Assembly (NCBI GenBank): GCA_964035545.1 | Contig: OZ037773.1 | Location: 959,751 to 1,023,750 of the forward strand | DNA: 64,000 nt | Source: Bugula neritina | Taxonomy: Eukaryota > Animalia > Bryozoa | Direction: 5' to 3' | Shown: piece after piece, positions 26,601 through 39,175 of the stretch | Layout: every line of letters starts with the position of its first letter | Position numbering within the stretch: the first letter of the stretch is position 1 | Program-made: the position numbers and the translations under genes | Notes under the pieces: model-generated | Seen by the model: only the letters and a program-made list of their open reading frames with translations | Told to the model about the DNA's origin: nothing | The model's database searches: none

Positions 26601-27810
26601 GTTCGCAGTGAGCTACACTGAAAGACATTGTTCATCTACGTCGATGATATCATTGTCTTCTGCTTCTGACACTCATTTCAGTCGGCTTAGAGAAGTGTGC
26701 GACAGACTCGGGGTTGCCAGTCTAAAGCTCAAGCCCTCTAAGTGTGCACTGTTGCAGCAAGAAGTTAAGTACCTAGACCATGTAGTTGGCCGGGACAAAG
26801 TCGCGACAGACCCTGAGAAGGTCTGAGCTGTGAGAAACTAGGTTGTCCCTTTGGACCTCACTGAATTTCAAGCATTCTTGGGGTTGATAGGGTACCACAG
26901 GCAGTATATACCCGACTTTACAGAAATTGCTCAGCCATTGAATCGGCTGACAGCAAAGCCGGTCCGCTGGCAATGGACGTATGCAGAGCAGCAGGCATTA
27001 GAGCACCTCAAGAATTGCTGGATGGTGACACCTATCTTGGCGTACCCTGATTCAGCAAAAAAGTACATTTTGGACACTGATTCAAATGACCACAATGTGG
27101 GAGCTGTGCTGTTTCAGGCCCAGAATGGTCTAAGGTGGTGGTGGCTTACTAGAAAAAAACTATGTCGGCCCATGAAAAGAGCTACTGCACTACCAGGAAA
27201 GAGGTCCTGGCAGTAGTTAAGGCGGAAGAGAAGGAAGAGATCAAAAACTACTACAGTCCCTAATGTCACAATAGATGCTGATATATGTACTAACTCAGAG
27301 AAACTACAACGATGCTGCACACAACCGTGTAAGGAGCAGCGAAGGACGACATCGGAACTAGCTAGGTTGCAGAAGCTCTTCAACAGAGGGACTGCTAACT
27401 GAACAAAACGTACTTAGTGATTGTTTCGGCTCGTGGGTATGAGTTCTTACATTATTGCAGAATGCTGATTTTCATTTCAAGTTGCGAGGCAGTGCATTAA
27501 TTGTAAAAATGTATCAGTATATCCTCACTATGGTGGTGCTAGTGCCATGCTTTTATATGCTTATTCTTCTGTGTGTTTCATAATATTTTAGTTTCATATT
27601 TTTGTGTGTGTTTGTCACTATCGTTTCTAATGTCTCGTGGCTTAGTTCTCGGTAACCATGCCTTCTGATAGGTCAGGAGAGTGTGGTGATTTATGGTATA
27701 TCGGAAAGGCAACTCTTATAATTACTCTGCTATTCTCATGTGCATCGTCCAGAATACGCTAAGCTACACTAGGCCTTGTACTGCCTACATGGTTATGTTA
27801 TCTCTATGGA
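23644..27810 (+). mobile_element. Decayed Gypsy element G3 (G2 subfamily), integrase deleted, 3' LTR truncated
   Basis: 5' LTR 23644-24104, degenerate PBS, gag with CCHC (CWGCGSRRHFLTSC), PR (LLDTG), RT/RH fragments, PPT gataggtcaggagag, 3' LTR start at 27682. Confidence 0.88.
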
Positions 27811-28148
27811 CATAAATTCACTACAATATGTCAGTTTTGTGTTAATATTTGTCATTGATTTTCTGGTGGATCCGCCTATACAAAAAGTGATAAATAACTA
27901 TTTCTTGCTACTATTCGCAGCAAAGACTGCCAGTGATGCTAAGAAGGGTATCCAGCCACAATTGCCATTTAGCAACATGACGCAAGAAAACGAGTCCAAT
28001 TAGCCTGTTTAAACGCCCTTCACTTTACACAGTGGCAGTTTGTGTTTTCTGCAACTACATTTAATGCAATATATGACTCGGTTTCTTAGTACCGATTACA
28101 TTTTATAATAATCTATTATAATTCTAGCAATGGGTAACAAAATCATAC

Positions 28149-31100
28149 CTTTTGATTATCCAACCACTCCTGAGACTACTACTGCAACTATCACTGGAAT
28201 GAAAGTAGAAAGTATGCCACCTATCAGACCTCCCTTGTTTACACCAGTTGTAGTGGGGGTTGTAGGGAGTATTGTGGCAGTATCCTTCCACATTATGTTC
28301 CATTTGATAGTCACCGTCTTTGCTGAAACCGATTTAAAGACATTTTGAAGAAAAAATAAGTTTAAACTTAAAAAACATCTACCACTAACATTAGTAAATT
28401 AGAAAAAACATTTACAATTCTCATTCATTTATATAAGTGCTAATTCTTACATAAGCCATTTTCAGCTGTACATTCAGCTGTTTCTGTTACACCGTTTGTC
28501 CGAGGAATTAGAGTCAGCGCATTGGATAATTCATTTGTCACAACTCCCTTATATGTCCAAGTGAACGTAGAGGGTGGTGGGTTGGCATCCACATGTTGGC
28601 TACAATCTAGTTTAGCATCAGATTGTCCAGGGTTGAATTCTTTCACAATTGGATCTGGATCATCAGCCTTTCTATCCAAGTCTACAAAAATAAAATTCAT
28701 AGCACAGGGCTGTCTAACACGAGGCCTTAGGACCGGATGTTGCCCCCAGCCTACATTTATGTGGCTCTCAAAGGCATAACAAATAAAACTATTTTTCACA
28801 CATATATGAATTTGAGAGAAAAACCACCTTTTGAATGTATTATTTATATAAATGCTACAAAATGTAGTATGCACTAACTATTGGGACTTTATTTTGTATT
28901 GATAAATAAGATTTTAGAATAAAATATTTGAAAATTACGGACGCTGCGGTACCCAGTTCAAACTAAAGTTTAAAATATGGCTTTTGCTACTGGAATATTC
29001 CCCTTCAGTGCCACTCCCTTTGAAAGGTTGGACACCCCTGGTCTAGCACCCTACATGTCAACTAAAAATTTCACATTCAAAGAGTAGGTATAACTAGAAA
29101 AATATTGATGGTGCTTACTTACACTGTGGTGTGATGGCAACAGTTTGTTCAGTATTCCCTCTCTTCCAGTTAGAATGTTTTGTATCTGTACAGGATAAAG
29201 TTAGTCCAGCTCTGTCTGTCTCTGTGGGAGTATATTTTCCAGCCACTGTGTTACCATTTACCTCTAATAAATAAAACATGTTCATGTATACTAATTCTTC
29301 AAAGACTCCCTGCACACTTCACTTATGCAGTACTGAAAGATTCTTATAATAATATGTTAGTTTTCATTTACATACTCTTTTAAGGTTGGATGGTAAAGGT
29401 AAAGGTAAAGGCGACTGAAAATTTGATTTCCATGCAATCAGAAATCCTAAAACATTTTAGCATATACTTGAACAAAATTCATTATAAAACAGAATGCAAA
29501 TGAAAAGTAACATATATAAGAATATTTTAATACTGCATAAGTGAAGTGTGTCAGGGCAAGAAAACTACCAGAGAAGAAGTAAAAAGTATAAATACAGCCT
29601 ACAAGCACAATTCTATGGTAAATTTGCTCAGGACTCATTTATGTACATTTTCTACTTTTCTGCAATACTTAAAAAAATAAATTGAAAAGATTTTTGTGTT
29701 ACAGTTGCTAAATCAGCCCTAAACCTTCTTTCAGCAAGAACAAATTAGTTCCAGCTTAATTTTGATAAAAAAATTTACGATATAACAGGCGAGTTGGTTT
29801 GTGGTTGACGAATATTATTGGTTATTTAATTGAGACTGAAAAAAAGACTGTAGACACTTCTTTCGAATCATCTAACTTTTTACATTTCAATCTATTATAG
29901 CAAACTGATTTATAAACTATTGTAAACTCATTAGATAATATTCTCAGAGTTTTACAACATTCAAATATTTATATAATTAAATAGGAATACAGTGCTCCCT
30001 CCAAACCTGCTGGTCTGATACCCTTATCTGTGACATAGCAGAATACCAGATTTAACTCACAGAACAGTTAAATACGGACATTTTGTCTCTATATACACAC
30101 ATATACATAAGTTACAAAAAGAAAATTCAAGTTCTTCTCATGTCTTATGTTACTTTGTCAGGAATGGAGAGTTCTGAGATATGGAGGGAGCACTGCATAT
30201 TACATCACTTGTATAACAATAATTAGCTAAACTAAAACCTGGTTTGTTGTTCACTAAATTTAAAATTTAATTTGCTTCTAGTTTCTTAGATAGAAATCTG
30301 GGGAAGCTTGTTGCACAACATTTAGACAGGTATATACTTACTGTATTCATAGACTGACACAGGATCTGCTCCTGTAGAGTTACAATCAAATGTAAACTCT
30401 TCCCCTTCTATAATAGTTGCTGGTTTATTAAGTGATATGCCAGTTGGTGCAACTGCAGAATGAAGGAATGCACAATATATATTTTCAAATACAGGTGCAT
30501 CGATGTATTGTAAATTAGGTTAGGACTGCAGTAGAGGCCATTTGCTATATCCTGGGTAAATTGTGTCAATAAAAAGTGTAAATCTAAATAGTAAAACTGC
30601 AACATTCCAAGTCTGCCTATGATAACAGTTATCTGAAACTACATGCCAACCAGATATCCTTATGTGATCCTGACCAGAAAATCTCCAACAAAGGTATAAT
30701 AAACTAAAATTTGTCCTCAACCCAACAAAGATAACAAATATATTATTTTGATTTAACTAACCACCATCATCATGGGATAAGTTGAATATTATCACTAAAT
30801 CTTTCCATGAGATACTGGACAGCATTTTTCAACAAAGGCCTAATATAACAAATATTATCCACTATTCATATAATGCATATCAAACATACTATTTCAATAC
30901 CAATAATACCAATCTTGGGAACAGTTAAATTTGTCTATGAGGAAGGAAGGAGGAAGTTAGTTAAAAACTATGAGAAGTTGTACTAGAAATTGCTAGAGTA
31001 GTCTATAAAGACTATCATTGACCGAAGAAATTAGTTTGAACTGTTCACCTTTGACTTCCATTGAAACTTCCGAAGAGAGAATTTCTCCCACACTTCCTCC

Positions 31101-31757
31101 TTCAAACCCTCTACAGTAGAACTTCCCTTTGAGTGATGAATTAGTTGCAGTGAGTTGTACAGAAACAGAGAACCCTTCAGGTTCACCAACAGAGTTACAG
31201 TATGGATTACTGACTTCAGGACCTTCTATCCCAGAGATATCAGTAATATCTGGAGTTGATATACCAACCCATACTGTGTCATTCTCAGGACTTAGACCAC
31301 ATCCACTTCTGTACATTTCACTGTCTCCATCAGCTTCATATCGTAACTGTAAGATTCTTAGATCAGTATAACCAGATGTTTCACATGTGAATGTTACATT
31401 CTCATCTTTATAGAAGTCAGGTGAGCTTGGAGTACTGTAGTTCATCTCTGTAGATGGTTGACCTAAACATATGTAATTTTAATAGCTTAGCTCAATACTA
31501 ATCCAATTGTGGAAATGAAAAGAAGAATTTTGGCCAACTCATTCATGTGACACTGCCATCACAAGAAAGGAACATCTACAAGTTGTGTGAGCATAAAAAT
31601 CATATGTAAAAGGAATAGAAATGTGGTTACCAACATTCATTTAAAAGTAAGAACCAGACTTATCAATCACTGAAAATTTATTCAGAAATATTCACTTAAC
31701 AATTGTGTAGCTAAATAGTATTAATACTTTAAAAATGGTTATCCAGGGAAGTTTCAT
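28149..31757 (-). pseudogene. Ig-superfamily receptor gene copy 2: exons 31700-31757, 31049-31462, 30342-30452, 29123-29263, 28451-28681, 28149-28322 (SP-IgV-Ig-Ig-Thr-rich stalk-TM); probably damaged or tailless
   Basis: Phase-1 exons splice in frame. Third Ig: KLDCSQHVDANPPPSTFTW..AECTAENG. TM: GLIGGILSTFIPVIVAVVVSGVVG, followed by TAA (28156-28158). Signal-exon donor reads TT instead of GT (31699). Confidence 0.8.
28705..29040. mobile_element. hAT-like MITE in an Ig gene intron
   Basis: TIR CAGGG(C/G)TGTC(T/C)AA...TTGGACACCCCTG with imperfect 8-bp flanks (TCATAGCA/GTCTAGCA); the paralogous copy ending ~3696 is interrupted by G1. Confidence 0.6.
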
Positions 31758-32636
31758 ATTCCTGAAAATAACAATTAACACTAAATAGTATAAATACTGG
31801 CCTGCATACTTAAATATATATTAGCTATAAAAACCAGCTAGGAAAAAATACTGGATAAAGAAATGTTATAAAATTAAAGAAATTCATAAAAGCAAACGCC
31901 ATCATTATGATGAATGAAGTTAACAGCTGGAAATGTAGAAACTGCCTACAAATGAGAACCAGTGAATTAGTGTGTGCAACAGACAGCAGGGTGGCCAGAA
32001 TCATCTTGAGGTCACAGCAAATCAAAGCAAGCCAAGTCACTGGCTAACCAAGTTAGGTTTAGCGGATTGAAAACAATGACTGGAAAGAAAATAGATTGAA
32101 TAGATTTCAAAGTTGGATAAGTTAGTTTTAATTTCAACTATTTTGAAATTTATGTCTATCTACATAAATAGATTTACTGAAAACAATGATGAAGTTAAAT
32201 TTAATATGTCATGCAATGCATTTCTCTACATGAATATTCTAAAGAGGAAAAGTTTTATTACAAGTAATTCAGACCTGCAAGCCTAATAAAGTGATATTGT
32301 GGTGGCTCGTAGAGCTACCAGCAACACAATACGCAAGGTTGCGTATTGACCCGGAACGATGTATTAGCCAATTAGCTAAGCTGCTTATGAATAATAGTAG
32401 CAGCTTCGCGCTACTAGCCCAGTTGAGGATAGTGCTGTAAATTAAATAGACGTGTGTATTATTAACTGTTGTATATTAGATTTTATTATGTATTCTTGTA
32501 TTCAAATATAACGATATCTACTCGACTTATCACGGTGAAGTTTCTCCAGTAATAAATAGACTCTCTTGGTTGCACATCGACCCTAATTCTGAAAATCATA
32601 ACAGTGGTGGCAGCAGTGGGATAGTGTACATCAAAG

Positions 32637-33503
32637 ATGGAGACTGAAAATGCTAGAATGCAACCACCCCCAGTAGAAGGTGAGCGTAGAAATGATGTTA
32701 ATCCTGTGAATTGTGAGGGAGAAGACGCTTATAGATATTGCTTGAAAGCTCCCACTTTTACTGGGTCAGAAGATGTCGAACAGTTTATACAAGAATTTAG
32801 AGAGGTAATGGAGATTGCTCAATGGCCGCATAGAGTGGCCCTTATCCAATTGCGGAGAGCGTTGACGGAGCAAGCCAAGCCGTACGGAGTGGGAACGGAC
32901 GTAAACGGAATACTGACTGCGCTGCGGGCCTGTTTTGGCATCACCGCAATAGACGCTAGGACCAAGCTACAGAGATTGTGCCGCACCCCGCAGACCTCGC
33001 TGCAAGAACATGCCGCGACGGTGAAGAAGCTGGCACAGATTGCGTATGGTGACCTACCAGCGCAACACCAAGAGCGTTACACATACGACGCCTTTGTCCA
33101 GTCACTAAACGACCTGGGCCTACACCATCAACTTCGAGCTAAAGGGATAACCAGAATAGAGGATGCCCTGAAGGCTGGAGAAGCTTACCTGTTGGCTACC
33201 CAAATGCATCGAGCACAACGGAACCCACCAGTAGTTGGAGTCAGTGCTACCAGGGCCACGACAGGCCCCGAAGCCCCCCCGCTGGAAGCCGAAGTGGACC
33301 GTATGGTAAAGATGCTGGGACAGCTGGTAACAATTCTGGCCGGCGCTGGCCCCGGTCAGGCCCTGCGGTTGCCCCCAACACCTGTGGGGCAGGGCTGGAG
33401 TAGTGCTGGTCAGGACCATAGACAGAAAGGACGACCCCAATACCAGGGGGCGTTTAACTGTCACAGCCCGCGGAGGCTCTCCCTCCCCGCGGGCTGCAAC
33501 TGA
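32637..33503 (+). CDS. gag: G4 Gag (288 aa, zinc knuckle degenerate)
   Basis: First ORF after the PBS; homologous to the other gags. Confidence 0.88.
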   Translation: METENARMQPPPVEGERRNDVNPVNCEGEDAYRYCLKAPTFTGSEDVEQFIQEFREVMEIAQWPHRVALIQLRRALTEQAKPYGVGTDVNGILTALRACFGITAIDARTKLQRLCRTPQTSLQEHAATVKKLAQIAYGDLPAQHQERYTYDAFVQSLNDLGLHHQLRAKGITRIEDALKAGEAYLLATQMHRAQRNPPVVGVSATRATTGPEAPPLEAEVDRMVKMLGQLVTILAGAGPGQALRLPPTPVGQGWSSAGQDHRQKGRPQYQGAFNCHSPRRLSLPAGCN

Positions 33504-36500
33504 AGGAGTCTGGTGGGACACGCCGTCGTCTGTCCGTACAAACACGACGGAACACTCCCCCCGAGTGGCAGGTACCACGCAGGACTAGCAGGCCCGCACA
33601 ACGGCCAAGTACCTTCTCCCTGCCACTCGCCAACCGGTTCCACCGGTTACCTCGGGAGGAGGAGCCCGCCACTGAAATGGAGCCGGAAGGCCCAGTGGAG
33701 AGCCCCAAACCCCGCCGGCACCAACCTCGCCGCCGGAAACCCCGTAAACCACGGGTGAAACCCCCGCCGTCCTACCAATCTAGGACAGCAAACGTGGGGG
33801 GGGGGTGAAAGTACAACCACATGGAGAGAGCTATTTCCTACCCGGAAAGGTGGCCGGCAACGCCGTCACTTTCCTGCTCGACTCCGGTTGTACTACCAAC
33901 CTTCTCAGTCGTAGAGTCTTTGAGGCACTGCCCCGCCCCGCCGGGACAGGGATAGAGTACGACCGTATACGGGGGAACATGGCACCCTGGCAGACGGGTC
34001 ATGTATTCCCTTCTACGGTATTATCGAGCTCCTTGGGCGTGTCCGAGACCAGGCTGTACAGGAGACTTTTATCATAAGCCAACTGGAGGAAGATGCTATC
34101 CTCGGAATGCCTTTCTTGAAGCAATACCAGTGCCGAATAGACTTCAGCAAGTCGGTGGTGCTGATGGGCGGGCGAGAACTCGCCTGGGTGGATAAGTTTG
34201 GGCGTCCTCTGGTGGGCGGTGTTCAGGTAGTTCGAAACTGCACCGTGCCCGGACGCTCCAGAGCTACTATCCACTGCCGAGTGAACAGCAACCGGGTAGC
34301 CAGGCTCGGGGTCGTTGAAGGCGCGCACGAAAGGATCCAACTCGCTAGTAGTTTAAACCAACTAACTGAGCGAGGGGAGGTCTTGGTGCAGTGTGTCAAC
34401 CCCTTTACCGAGCCCATTGAGCTCCCAGCTGGGTCAATGCGGGGCCGGTTCCACTCCGTCCAGGAAGAGAACGTGGGCCTGTCGCTGGGTGACGCGACGG
34501 AGACACCCCCTCGACACCCTACTCAGGGACGAGGGGCAGTCCCAACACATCTCCGGGAGTTATATGAAACAGCCTGTGGCGGCTGCGCGAGCAACATGGA
34601 ACGCCAAGCGATGGCGAAGTTGCTACGCGACTACGGTGATGTGTTCAGCAGCGGAGATCATGACGTGGGGCTGACTGGAGTTGTCAGAGACGAAATACCG
34701 CTGACTGCAGGGACAGTCCCTGTCCGGCAACCCACACGCAGGCTGGGGCCGAAAAAAGAGAAGGAGGTTAGCCGACAAGTACGGGATCTTCTGGACCGCG
34801 GCCTCATAGAGCCCGCCCATAGCGCGTGGAGCTCACCGGTCGTACTGGTCCGGAAGAAAGACGGCAGTTGGAGGTTCTGTGTGGATTACCGCAAACTCAA
34901 TACCGTAACCATACAGGACGCTTACCCTCTACCTCGTATTGACGAGTCATTGGACGCCCGAGCCGGCAGCAAGTACTTCAGTATGTTAGACTTGCTGAGT
35001 GGCTATTGGCAAGTCCCTCTGAGTCCCGACGCCCAAGAGAAAGCGGCGTTTATCACACGGGACGGGTTGTGGAAGTGGAAGGTGCTGCCCTTCGGGTTAA
35101 CCTCCGCCCCAGCCACCTTCCAGAGGCTGATGGAGCAAGTCCTTAGCGGGCTCCATTGGAAGACACTGCTGATCTACCTCGATGATGTCATCGTGATCTT
35201 CCCAGACTTCGAGACGCATGTCAGTCGTCTGCAGGAAGTTTTCGAGAGACTCCGAGGTGCCGGTCTTAAGCTCAAACCTTCCAAGTGCGCTCTATTGCAG
35301 CCGGAGGTCAAGTACCTGGGGCACGTTGTCGGGCAAAACGGCGTGGCAACGGATCCCGAAAAGGTACGGGCGGTAGAAGACTGGGTCACCCCCCAAGACT
35401 TGACCGGACTCCGGGCTTTTTTGGGGCTGGTAGGGTATTACAGGCAATACATACCGGACTTTGCGGGCATAGCACAGCCGTTAAACCGGCTCACCGCAAA
35501 GGGAGTGACGTGGCAGTGGACCCCAGTCGAACAAGGAGCGTTCGACCGCCTCAAGGGCTGCCTGCTAACGGCGCCCATCTTGGCCTACTCAGACCCCACT
35601 CTGGAGTACATCCTCGACACGGATGCCAGTGACCAAAATGTTGGCGCTGTGCTGTCTCAAGTGCAGGAAGGCCGAGAGGTAGTAGTAGCCTACTACAGCA
35701 AGTCTCTCTCACCCGCTGAACGAAATTACTGCACTACCCGCAAGGAGCTGCTGGCAGTAATCAAGTCAGTGAAGCACTTCAGACCATACTTATACGGCAG
35801 GAAGTTCCGGCTGCGTACGGATCATGCCTCGCTGATCTGGTTGTGCAAGAGAGCAGAGCCCTCCAGTCAGGTCGCCGGTGGCTCGAAATCCTAGCTGAAT
35901 TCTCCTACCGGATCGAACATCGACCGGGCAGGAGACACAGCAATGCGGATGGTTTGAGCCGCCGACCTGATGGAGGTTGCAAACAGTGTCTCAACATCGA
36001 GAGGAGGGACGGAGGTCCCCCGCGATGTGAGTTGGAGACGCTGGCTCGCCATGGAGCACTGTTTGACTGGGACCAGGGTCAACCCAGACAGGAGGTTGAC
36101 GAGTCCCCGGAGGTTGTACAAAACCTCCGCGCCAACCCTGTACTGGCCGATAGTGTACGAGAGCTGAAGAAGCTCCAAGAAGAGCTGCCTGGAGTAGTGG
36201 CAGACATATATCGGGCCAAAAAGGAAGGGCGACGACCCAGCGAGGAACGCATAAGACAGGGATGCGCCGAGTTCCGGCTATACTGTCAGCGTTGGGACTC
36301 GCTGCGGATCGGGCAGGATGGTCTACTGACCATTTCTCTAGCTGCCAGCGGCAGACACCCGGAGAGGAAGAGGGTGGTCTGTCCCACTGCCATCCGCCGT
36401 GAGCTGATTTGGGACACTCACAAACAGGCCCACGCAGGGGTCAAGAGAGTGATCTCCAAATTACGGCTCCGGTGGTATTGGCCACAAATGGAGCGTGACG

Positions 36501-38084
36501 TCCGACTCAGAGTCAAACAGTGTGAGATCTGCCAGGCCAGTAAGCATAGCCGTTCCCCTGATGAAGCGGGACGGCAGAGGCTATATGCTGGAAGGCCCTG
36601 GCAAGTAGTCGCTGTAGACCTGGTCGGACCCATGCCCCTGACCCCCAGAGGCAATAGTTGGATCTTAGTACTGACCGACCACTTTACTAGGTGGGCGGAT
36701 GCTCTGGCTATCCCAGATGCGTCAGCCCCAACAGTGGCCAGGGCATTAGACCAACATGTATTCTGTTATTTTGGTCTCCCCGAACAGATACACTCTGATC
36801 AAGGCGCTCAATTCCAGTCTCAACTGATGAGCGACCTTTGCTGCCTCTTGGGAGTAAATCAGAGCCGGACCACACCCTACCACCCTCAAGGTAACGGGGT
36901 GGTAGAGCGCAACAACCGGATGCTAGGTGATGCGCTCCGGAGCCTCCTCCTTGGACGCGGCCAAAAGGAATGGGATACGGTGTTGCCGCAAGTCATGCGT
37001 CCATACCGTAACACCCAACACACCAGTACTGGTGAGACCCCAAACCTCTTGATGCTCGGGAGAGAGACTCGTGTCCCTGACCATCTTACCTACCACGTTC
37101 CAGAGCAAGACAACTCGGTTCACGAGTATGCCAGTGAACTAGTGGAACGGATGAAGGCCGCACACGATATACTGCGCGAACAGCAGTGGAAGGTGCGGCA
37201 CGAAGATTCCGAGGAACCACCTCTCTACCAAACGGGAGATAAGGTGTGGATGGTCAATCACCGTAGGCGTCGCGGGCAGGCTGACAAATTAAAGCCTAAG
37301 TTTGTGGGACCCTACGTGATCGTCGAGGCTATGCCCAACCATACGTACAAGATTGAGCGCTCAGGACAGGTGTCTATCCAGAATGAGTCTCGCTTGAAGC
37401 CGTATTGGGCTAGCCCCGACGCAGTGGGAGAAGCCCCCCCGTTGTTGGAGCCCAGGAGGCAGACAACAACACGCGGGTGACGGCGGCATGGACCTGAATA
37501 CGAAGTGGTCATACCGCGGGAAGAAAACTTGGTGAGAGAGGAGCGACAGCTTCTGTCAACAGAAGCGTGTCCGCCACCGCCAAGTCTAATTCCATCACTT
37601 CCAGAAACCGAGCCGGTTCCGGAAGTGCAAACCCCCACGGAGGGAGGGGCTCCATCCGGAGAACAAGAAGAGGTGACCGCTAACGGTGAAGTAGAGACGC
37701 CATTAGAGGCCCCTACTAATAAACCGGCGAGCGTGTCACCCCCCCTAGAACGGGGACAGCGTACGAGGAAACCCCCACCATATTCTAAAAGACTTCGTAT
37801 GTGACTGCATTGAAAGCGGCACGCATGAAAGTCTAGGGGAAAACCGTACGATAAAATGTTGGAATTGTGAAACCCACGCAAATATCAACTTTTGCGAGGG
37901 CGGAATAGTGGGAGGAATTAATGCGCGTAAAGCAAATAGTTCCGACCTCGTGCCTCAGAAACGATGCTCAGCCTTTTCTTACGCTGACATCGCCAAAGGC
38001 AGACGTATCTCACAACCAGCTCCAATCTTACCAAGAACGTTGAGTATGGACATTAATACCGAGTTCACAGGTAATCCAGTATGA
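33452..38084 (+). pseudogene. pol: G4 pol (PR-RT-RH-IN) with a few frameshifts and stops
   Basis: LLDSG, YLDD, DTDAS, integrase HHCC/DDE and KFVGPY in ORFs 33805-34077, 34107-35894 and 35843-37480. Confidence 0.93.
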
Positions 38085-39175
38085 GTCTTGTATTCCTATC
38101 CATGGAAACGGGCTCGATGCCAGTAAATTCTGAACTAATTCAACAGATTGAATCAGAATTACTGGGAACCACATTTCACGTGAATGACGATGAAGACACT
38201 GTAATGGCCGACGGTCTGTTAGACCTGGAGCTAGACACTGTTCTTGGTCAGTCCACACATGATTCACTGGTTCCTCGAGTGCATTCTAAAAGTTGTGACT
38301 CTCAGGCTAGTAACAGTCGACAGTCACTAGAATTATGTTGTAAAGATCCACCGCGATCTAACAATAATTCTACTTTTGTAGACACACTCGCGCCCGTCTC
38401 TCCGGGCATGCCTTCTCTAGAGATGGCGTGGGATCCAGAGCCGGCCCCACCCACTTCCACAACCAGACAACTACCACCCCAGTTGGAAGCAACCTCTAAC
38501 TGGACTACCCGTGCCACAGAGAGAGAGATTAAGACTCATAGAGGAGATGACAGTAACCGCGAATGCCGCCTATGTCAGCAGCGGTTTACAACCCATCGTA
38601 GGCTGAGAGTCCACTTGCCACAGCATTACATCACAACGTTCTGCCCATGCGGAGAATATAGTTACAATCGTGATTATCTACTGCGTCACCAACGCATTAT
38701 GCAGTGCTTTCAAGGACACGTCTATGAAGTAGACAAATCATCATATCCCGCATTCCTTAACGCCATCAGACCCCTCATCACCGACTCGGCTTGGCTGTCT
38801 CGCCTAGAGCAAGGCTTTCCCTCCCCTCGACCCATCATCTCTGAAACCATGGATAAGCCTACAAAATCAGCTAACTCCCCACCTCTCAGTCCTATACGCC
38901 AACCGCATACACTCCCCCGTGTCGTACTACAGAGGGTAGACACGAAGGCGTATACACTCCCTCCCCCACTTCCATCTTCAGAACGAAAAAGGCACAGACA
39001 GCAGACTTTCTCTCGTTCTTCCCCTCTGGCCCGCAACTTACGTGAAGTAGAAGCTAGGGCACACGACCTGGAGCAAGAAGTGTATAGACTGGCCCCGCGC
39101 GTGCATGCTGCATCCAGTGAACTCAAGTATCTACAGGAGTCTATTAAACGCATGAAGCGGGCGGCCAACGATTAA
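38046..39175 (+). CDS. G4 spliced accessory gene: exon 38046-38070 + exon 38382-39175; ~272-aa C2H2 zinc-finger/coiled-coil protein
   Basis: MDINTEFT-G|gtaatc...ctaac..ttttgtag|AC in frame; CRLC-x12-HLPQH, CPC-x12-H-x5-C, basic ERKRHR, C-terminal heptad repeat. Confidence 0.75.

Noticed and set aside
38081-39175. Calling the third ORF env
   Set aside because: No signal peptide, furin site/fusion peptide or TM helix; it has zinc fingers and basic motifs instead.
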